Of a stretch of DNA of 64,000 bases, positions 58,502 to 64,000 are shown one piece after another. The position numbers and the translations under genes were made by a program. The notes beneath the pieces are model-generated. The model was not told the origin of the DNA, ran no database searches, and worked only from the letters and a program-made list of their open reading frames with translations. How positions within the stretch are numbered: the first letter of the stretch is position 1; every line of letters begins with the position of its first letter. This stretch comes from Promethearchaeota archaeon (GTDB lineage: Archaea; Asgardarchaeota; Lokiarchaeia; Sigyniarchaeales; SOKP01): NCBI GenBank assembly GCA_048937405.1, contig JBHLNF010000009.1, positions 139,096-203,095 of the forward strand, read 5' to 3'.

Positions 58502-59365
58502 TTATTCTCTATTTTTCCTTAAATGGTATGCCTTTTCTCTTGCTATTTTTGCTTCATCATTATCTCCAATTTTTTCAAGAGCATCACTGAGATCATCCCA
58601 AGCTTCATCATCCTTAGGATCTATTGTAACTACTTTTCTATATGCTTCTATAGCTCCATTTAAATCATCTTTTTTTTCAAGAGCTATAGCAAGATTATAC
58701 CATGCTAATCCTATTTCCGAATCAACTTCAATTGCTTTTCTATAGGACACAATTTCACCCTCAAGATCACCTTTTTGTCCGAGAGCTAATCCAAGATTAT
58801 ACCATGCTTTTTCATCATCTGGATTAATCTCTAGTGCCTTTTCAAATGAACTCATTGCTTCATCAAAATTATCGGTCAGAATTTGTACAACTCCAAGATT
58901 GAGCCAAGCTTGAGAATCATTGGGATTAAGTATTATAACTTTCTTGTAGGCTCTAATTGCACCATTAAATTCTTCCATTCTTCCAAGAGCTACTCCCAAA
59001 TCAAACCAAATATCTGCATCTTCAGAATGGATCCCCAATGCCTGATTATATGCATTAATCGCATCTTTAAAATTGCCAATTTCTTCATAGACTACTCCAA
59101 GATTGACTAACACTTCCATATTGTTAGGATCAAGATGAAGAGCTTTCTTATACGCATCGATTTCGGCCTGAGAATCTCCATTCTGACCGTATGCAACCCC
59201 TAAATTTATCCAGGCGGTTACATTTTCAGGATTGAGTTTTAATCCTTTATTAAAAGAATCAATAGCTCCTTTAAAATCCCCCTTTTCTCCAAGTTTAACT
59301 CCTAAATCAAACCATCCTTCTGGATCCTCAGGTTCTTCCACTTTCATGATATTATGATTTTTCAT
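58502..59365 (-). CDS. TPR repeat protein
   Basis: About 8 canonical 34-aa repeats (AWxNLGxA...KAxxxxP). Confidence 0.93.
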   Translation of the reverse strand: MKNHNIMKVEEPEDPEGWFDLGVKLGEKGDFKGAIDSFNKGLKLNPENVTAWINLGVAYGQNGDSQAEIDAYKKALHLDPNNMEVLVNLGVVYEEIGNFKDAINAYNQALGIHSEDADIWFDLGVALGRMEEFNGAIRAYKKVIILNPNDSQAWLNLGVVQILTDNFDEAMSSFEKALEINPDDEKAWYNLGLALGQKGDLEGEIVSYRKAIEVDSEIGLAWYNLAIALEKKDDLNGAIEAYRKVVTIDPKDDEAWDDLSDALEKIGDNDEAKIAREKAYHLRKNRE

Positions 59366-59570
59366 TGCTCATTCATCTAAGTAATAAAAAAAAAAATTTA
59401 TTTGCATAAATTGAATTCTGTATTAATATTATTAAGTTTTATAGTTTTTCACTAAAATTAATGAAATAAATATGATTCTATAAACTTTTTTGAAAAAGTT
59501 AAGTTATTTATTAAAAGGACTCTTATTCGATATTACAATACATGAAATTCGATTTACAAAACAATAATAG

Positions 59571-60128
59571 GTGCTAGGAAGTATGGAAAAAAGATATGTC
59601 CCTCTCTTAATAATGCTAGGATTATTGATAATTTTGATTATTACTCCAATTATTGCTGCGCTATTTAAGATTCCTGTAGTAGCATTGGATACACCAGATA
59701 TATCAATTGCTTCGTTTGATTATTGGACTATCGGGCATTTTTTGTGGGGTGTTTCTCTATTTGTTATAGCATTCACATTTGGCTGGATAATTAAAAATTT
59801 AACTGGTGTTCCTAAAGATCCGATTAACGAGCCAGAATTTAAAAGCTTTGTTCTTTACTGGATAATTATAGTTATTATCGCAGGTCTTTGGGAAATTGTT
59901 GAAAACACACTCCTTTATATGGTAGACATTAAAGTTGAGTTTGATAGTCCAGCAAATATAATTACGGATATAACTATTTGGGCTATTGGTGGATGCGTAA
60001 GTTGGTATATGACGGATCTAATGTTTTTAAGTGATAAATATCTCAGAGCTTATTATATTTACGGGATGATGTGCCTTATTATGGGTATAATGATATTTGC
60101 AGTTTTTGGTTTTCTTACTACCAGTTAA
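59571..60128 (+). CDS. membrane protein with H...WE..EN...D motif (DUF2585/VanZ-like)
   Basis: DYWTIGHF, WEIVEN, DSPANIITD. Confidence 0.6.
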   Translation: MLGSMEKRYVPLLIMLGLLIILIITPIIAALFKIPVVALDTPDISIASFDYWTIGHFLWGVSLFVIAFTFGWIIKNLTGVPKDPINEPEFKSFVLYWIIIVIIAGLWEIVENTLLYMVDIKVEFDSPANIITDITIWAIGGCVSWYMTDLMFLSDKYLRAYYIYGMMCLIMGIMIFAVFGFLTTS

Positions 60129-60326
60129 TTCTCTTTTTTTTTTAATTTTATTTTAAATTTGATTATTTAGCAATTTATGGCATTGAACCAATTGGAAAAT
60201 ATTCAAAAAATGATGAATATTATTTTATTTAGCTATATTATTAAGCTTCACCTGAAATCTATTTAAATGGCGAAAACTTAATTTTTTTCATTAAAATTCA
60301 ATATTCAAAAAGTAATTCAGGTAATT

Positions 60327-60608
60327 ATGTTCCAAAAAGGATGTTGGAAATGTGGAAAAATATTAGATATTGATAAATCAATATGTCCTAGTTGCGGATA
60401 TAATTTCAATATGAAATCTCATATATATCCAAGATGCCCATTTTGTAAAAAAGAACTTCATATATATGATTTTTATGCTAAGGAAGTAGATAAAAAAGGA
60501 CGGAAAAAATATCAAGGATTTAAAGGAGAATTTACTAAAAGAAAAAAAATGTGGTACTGTCCCTTTTGTGGTAGCATTCTTGGATTTTCAGAATGGAATA
60601 CCACTTAG
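60327..60608 (+). CDS. multi-zinc-ribbon small protein
   Basis: Four CxxC knuckles. Confidence 0.7.
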   Translation: MFQKGCWKCGKILDIDKSICPSCGYNFNMKSHIYPRCPFCKKELHIYDFYAKEVDKKGRKKYQGFKGEFTKRKKMWYCPFCGSILGFSEWNTT

Positions 60609-60871
60609 AAAATTTTTAAATACAGACATAATCTATTTTCAGCTCTTTCAATGATTAAAGGCTTTAGACTAGCACTAGTATACATTTTTGTAATAAAAAT
60701 AATCCAAAATCTACAATAAAAAAATTTTTATCAAAACACTCATCTATTTTAGGATTTTATTGGTTGTTTTTAATAATTCTTATTATAAAATGTAATATTT
60801 AATATTATTCAAGATTAAATTTTTAATATTTAATAAATATATTACATGAATTTGAAAATCTTATAAAATAG

Positions 60872-62521
60872 GTGAAAATAGTGGTTAAATATAAAAGAGG
60901 GCATCTCTATTATCCTGAAATCCCAATTCATCAAGTCTTAGATGATACAGCTGAACGATTACCGGATAATCCTGCTTTCCTTTATCCTAAAAAATTAACC
61001 TTTAAAGAATTTAAAGAGCAAGTTGATAAATTTGCCACAGTCTTAAAAAATTTAGGTGTAAAGAAAGGAGATAGAGTAGCGATATTTGCTCCAAATTCAA
61101 TTCAATGGGAAATTTCATTTTTTGGATTAGAAAAAGCAGGTGGTATTTTAGTGCCTATGAATCCACAATTTAAAGAATCAGAAGTAGAATATGAAGCAAA
61201 AGATTCTGGAGCAAAATTAATCATTGTTGCCCATAATAGATACGAATTTGTAGCAGCAGTTAAAGACAAAACTAATCTTAAGAATATAATTGTAATAGAA
61301 TCAGAAGAGAACCCAGAAATACCTAATGGAACTATTGGATGGTTAAAGATCATGGCAGAAACAAAACCAGATCCTCCAGAATATAAATTCAACGTCAAAG
61401 AAGATCTTGCAGCATTAGTATATACTAGTGGAACAACAGGTCTACCAAAAGGAACTATGCTTACACATTATAATATGGTGTCAAATATTATCCAAGTATC
61501 TCCAACATATGAATTAAGTGATTTTGATGTTGCGATAACAGTCCTTCCTCTTTATCATATCTATGGACTTAATGTGTGTATGAACCAAGCGGTTTTATTA
61601 GGTGCAGGGCAAGTGGTGACCCCTCGATTTCATATAGAAGAATTTTGTGAACTTATTGATAGATATCAAGTAACATATAGTTTGTGTGTCCCTCCTATAT
61701 TTCTTGAGGTTGTTAGACATTTAGAAGATACAAATGTAAAAGGCTATAATTGGAGTAGCTTAAAAATATTTAATAATGGAGCGGCACCAATTCCTCTTGA
61801 ATTACTTGAAAAGTTTGATAAATTAGCAAAAGAAAAATGTAACGCTCACGATATTGCAATACAACACGGATGGGGTTTAACTGAAGCTTCTCCTGTTGTA
61901 GCTGTAAATCCTACCTTTCGACGCAAAATGGAATCTCAAGGTACATTACTTGCAGACACTTTTCATAAGATTATTGATTTGGAAACAGGAGAAGAACTTC
62001 CAGAACGTGGTAGTGTAGGTGAGCTGGTAATTAAAGGACCTCAAGTTATGAAAGGATACTGGAATCGTCCAGAGGCTACAGAAGAAGCTTTTTGGACTGA
62101 TCCTAAAACTGGAGAGAAATGGTTAAGAACCGGTGATATGGCCTATATTGATGAAGAAGAGTATGAACATCTTATGGATCGTATTAAAGAGATGATTAAA
62201 TATAAAGGATGGAGCATTGCTCCCGCCGAGCTCGAGGACTTATTATTCAAAAATCCACATGTATCTGATGCTGCGGTGATTGGTAAACCATCTTTGGAAC
62301 CAGATATTGGTCAAATACCAAAAGCATTTATTATTTTAAAGCCCGAGTCTAAAGGTAATGTAAGCGAACAAACTATTATGGATTGGGTAGCTGAAAAGAT
62401 CTCTGCTTATAAGAAAATACGTGAGATTGAATTTGTTGATGAAATTCCAAAATCAGGCTCAGGTAAAATATTAAGACGAGAATTAGTCCAATTAGAAAAA
62501 GATAGACTTGGTATTAAATAA
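60872..62521 (+). CDS. long-chain fatty-acid/aryl-CoA ligase (AMP-binding)
   Basis: YTSGTTGLPKG, GWGLTEASP, RTGD, PKSGSGKILR. Confidence 0.92.
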   Translation: MKIVVKYKRGHLYYPEIPIHQVLDDTAERLPDNPAFLYPKKLTFKEFKEQVDKFATVLKNLGVKKGDRVAIFAPNSIQWEISFFGLEKAGGILVPMNPQFKESEVEYEAKDSGAKLIIVAHNRYEFVAAVKDKTNLKNIIVIESEENPEIPNGTIGWLKIMAETKPDPPEYKFNVKEDLAALVYTSGTTGLPKGTMLTHYNMVSNIIQVSPTYELSDFDVAITVLPLYHIYGLNVCMNQAVLLGAGQVVTPRFHIEEFCELIDRYQVTYSLCVPPIFLEVVRHLEDTNVKGYNWSSLKIFNNGAAPIPLELLEKFDKLAKEKCNAHDIAIQHGWGLTEASPVVAVNPTFRRKMESQGTLLADTFHKIIDLETGEELPERGSVGELVIKGPQVMKGYWNRPEATEEAFWTDPKTGEKWLRTGDMAYIDEEEYEHLMDRIKEMIKYKGWSIAPAELEDLLFKNPHVSDAAVIGKPSLEPDIGQIPKAFIILKPESKGNVSEQTIMDWVAEKISAYKKIREIEFVDEIPKSGSGKILRRELVQLEKDRLGIK

Positions 62522-62533
62522 TAGAATTTCTTT

Positions 62534-62773
62534 TTATTTTTTTATCTTATTGTATTTTTCTTTTAAAAATTCTTCAGAGTTCAAAAATATCTCACAATCA
62601 CAAAAACCTCCAGAATCTCGACAATCTTTTAAAAATTCCTCTTGGTCTTCTTTTGATATATTCATTTCTTTCAGAATTATTTCAGCATTACTTAAATCGT
62701 ACCCATTACAACCGTTAATTTCCAATAATTCTTCTAATCGTTTTAAAAATTTTTTCAAATCAAGTTTATTCAT
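62534..62773 (-). CDS. DUF2695-like small protein
   Basis: GC..DL, GGFCDCEIFLN. Confidence 0.7.
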   Translation of the reverse strand: MNKLDLKKFLKRLEELLEINGCNGYDLSNAEIILKEMNISKEDQEEFLKDCRDSGGFCDCEIFLNSEEFLKEKYNKIKK

Positions 62774-62778
62774 TTCAA

Positions 62779-63579
62779 TTACTCTTTTTTTCTATTTATT
62801 TCCCTCTCTAATAACTGAATTAATTCTTTCTTGGTTTTTTGAGTGTCTAGTTTAACATCTTCATCAGTAGAAAAAAATCCATTTTCATCCTCAATGTCAA
62901 CTACGGACATCTTTTCAATATATCCACCATATAAATCTTCAATGATTTTATTCAAGTTCTGGAGCGAATTTTTGATTTTTTTATATGATTTCAAAATTTT
63001 TTTATTTGTATTAAGTTCGATCTCTCTGCTGATATTTTTTATCTCGTTAGACATTTTTTCTAAGGATTCAAATATATAACGATCATTTAACAACAGAGTA
63101 ATTTTCTCTTCTTCTGATTTTTTTCTTGATTCTTCCAAAGTTTCCCAATACAGATCCTTTATCCATTCTTTGATTAATATGTTACTTTCTGTTATTTTTT
63201 GTTTATCATCATCATCATATTTGGATATTTCTTTAAAATAAAAACCAGTAAAAATACTCTGAGTTGATCTCATTCTACTTACAAATTCCTTACATAATGA
63301 TTTTATACTTTCTTCAATTTCAGGAGAAACTAATTGATTTATCATTATTGAGAGCATTAACATCTCCCTATGACCCCGAGCCCAATCGGATTGAATCTGG
63401 AAATAATAATTTAATAACTTTAAGTTTCCAAAAGTATGTGTGAAAAATTCTTCATCGCGTTGCTGAGTCATAACATCATATATTCTATTAGAGATTTCAT
63501 TATCAAGTGGAGTTTCTGGAAAAGTATAGAAAATATCTGTACCAATTCTGGTATGAAAATATGATAATACAATAATCAT
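62779..63579 (-). CDS. uDENN/longin-like N-terminal domain with coiled-coil tail
   Basis: MIIVLSYFHTRIGTDIFYTFP resembles the uDENN/NPR2-type start; SDWARG motif. Confidence 0.55.
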   Translation of the reverse strand: MIIVLSYFHTRIGTDIFYTFPETPLDNEISNRIYDVMTQQRDEEFFTHTFGNLKLLNYYFQIQSDWARGHREMLMLSIMINQLVSPEIEESIKSLCKEFVSRMRSTQSIFTGFYFKEISKYDDDDKQKITESNILIKEWIKDLYWETLEESRKKSEEEKITLLLNDRYIFESLEKMSNEIKNISREIELNTNKKILKSYKKIKNSLQNLNKIIEDLYGGYIEKMSVVDIEDENGFFSTDEDVKLDTQKTKKELIQLLEREINRKKE

Positions 63580-63840
63580 TTTAATCTAAATCCTCCTTAA
63601 TTCTTATCTATTTGTTTTTATGAAATTCTCTACTTACATTTTATACATCTAGTATAATATCGTTTTAAATAATAATTATTATGCTAGACATATTTTTTTC
63701 AAAAAAAATAAATCAACTCCTTATAATTTATCTAAAATGATATTGAAAAGACAATTTGAAATTCTGTATAATCTCCAAAGTTTTAAATATTTAAAGTTCT
63801 ATATTTGTTCTAAACTAAAATATTAAGTAGTTGAGTTTTA

Positions 63841-64000
63841 ATGGGAAAGGAAAAAGAAAAAGACAAGGATAAAAAAGATAAAGATAAAAAGGATAAGGAG
63901 AAAGAGAAAGAGAAAAAGGAAAAAAAGGAAAAAGAAAAAGAGAAGGAAAAAGAAAAAAAGGATAAAGACAAAAAAGACAAAGATAAAAAAGATAAAGATA
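63841..64000 (+). CDS. K/D/E-only low-complexity protein, N-terminus (3' truncated by window edge)
   Basis: ATG GGA followed by 51 consecutive Lys/Asp/Glu codons with mixed synonymous usage. Confidence 0.65.
   Translation, partial: MGKEKEKDKDKKDKDKKDKEKEKEKKEKKEKEKEKEKEKKDKDKKDKDKKDKD

Overview
AT-rich archaeal window whose gene content points to an Asgard archaeon, most likely Lokiarchaeia (inference: Rab-like GTPase, several longin/roadblock-like proteins, Loki-CTERM-type sorting tail, Cwh43-like protein). It holds about 55 CDSs; I recognised no rRNA, tRNA or CRISPR array. Main observations: (1) a 1450-bp tnpB-only IS200/IS605-type element (4035-5484) splits an isoprenylcysteine-methyltransferase-family gene in frame; both ends, the TTTAT target motif and the guide can be read directly, and the TnpB shows a Fanzor-like rearranged RuvC site; (2) a fusion of branched-chain polyamine synthase (BpsA) with AdoMet decarboxylase; (3) an unannotated 34-aa (KKKAPA)5 histone-H1-tail-like microprotein; (4) a DUF2284 + atypical corrinoid protein + RACo operon with twin palindromic operators and no recognisable methyltransferase; (5) a convergent pair of a transmembrane and a soluble longin-like protein; (6) a glycyl radical enzyme with an unusual SGCVY loop and no activase in the window; (7) an ArsR-ARPP-1 operon with tandem operators; (8) an AbrB-like domain fused to an acyl-CoA ligase; (9) a probable non-canonical ATA/ATT start codon. 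All family calls come from motif recognition by eye, not from database searches.
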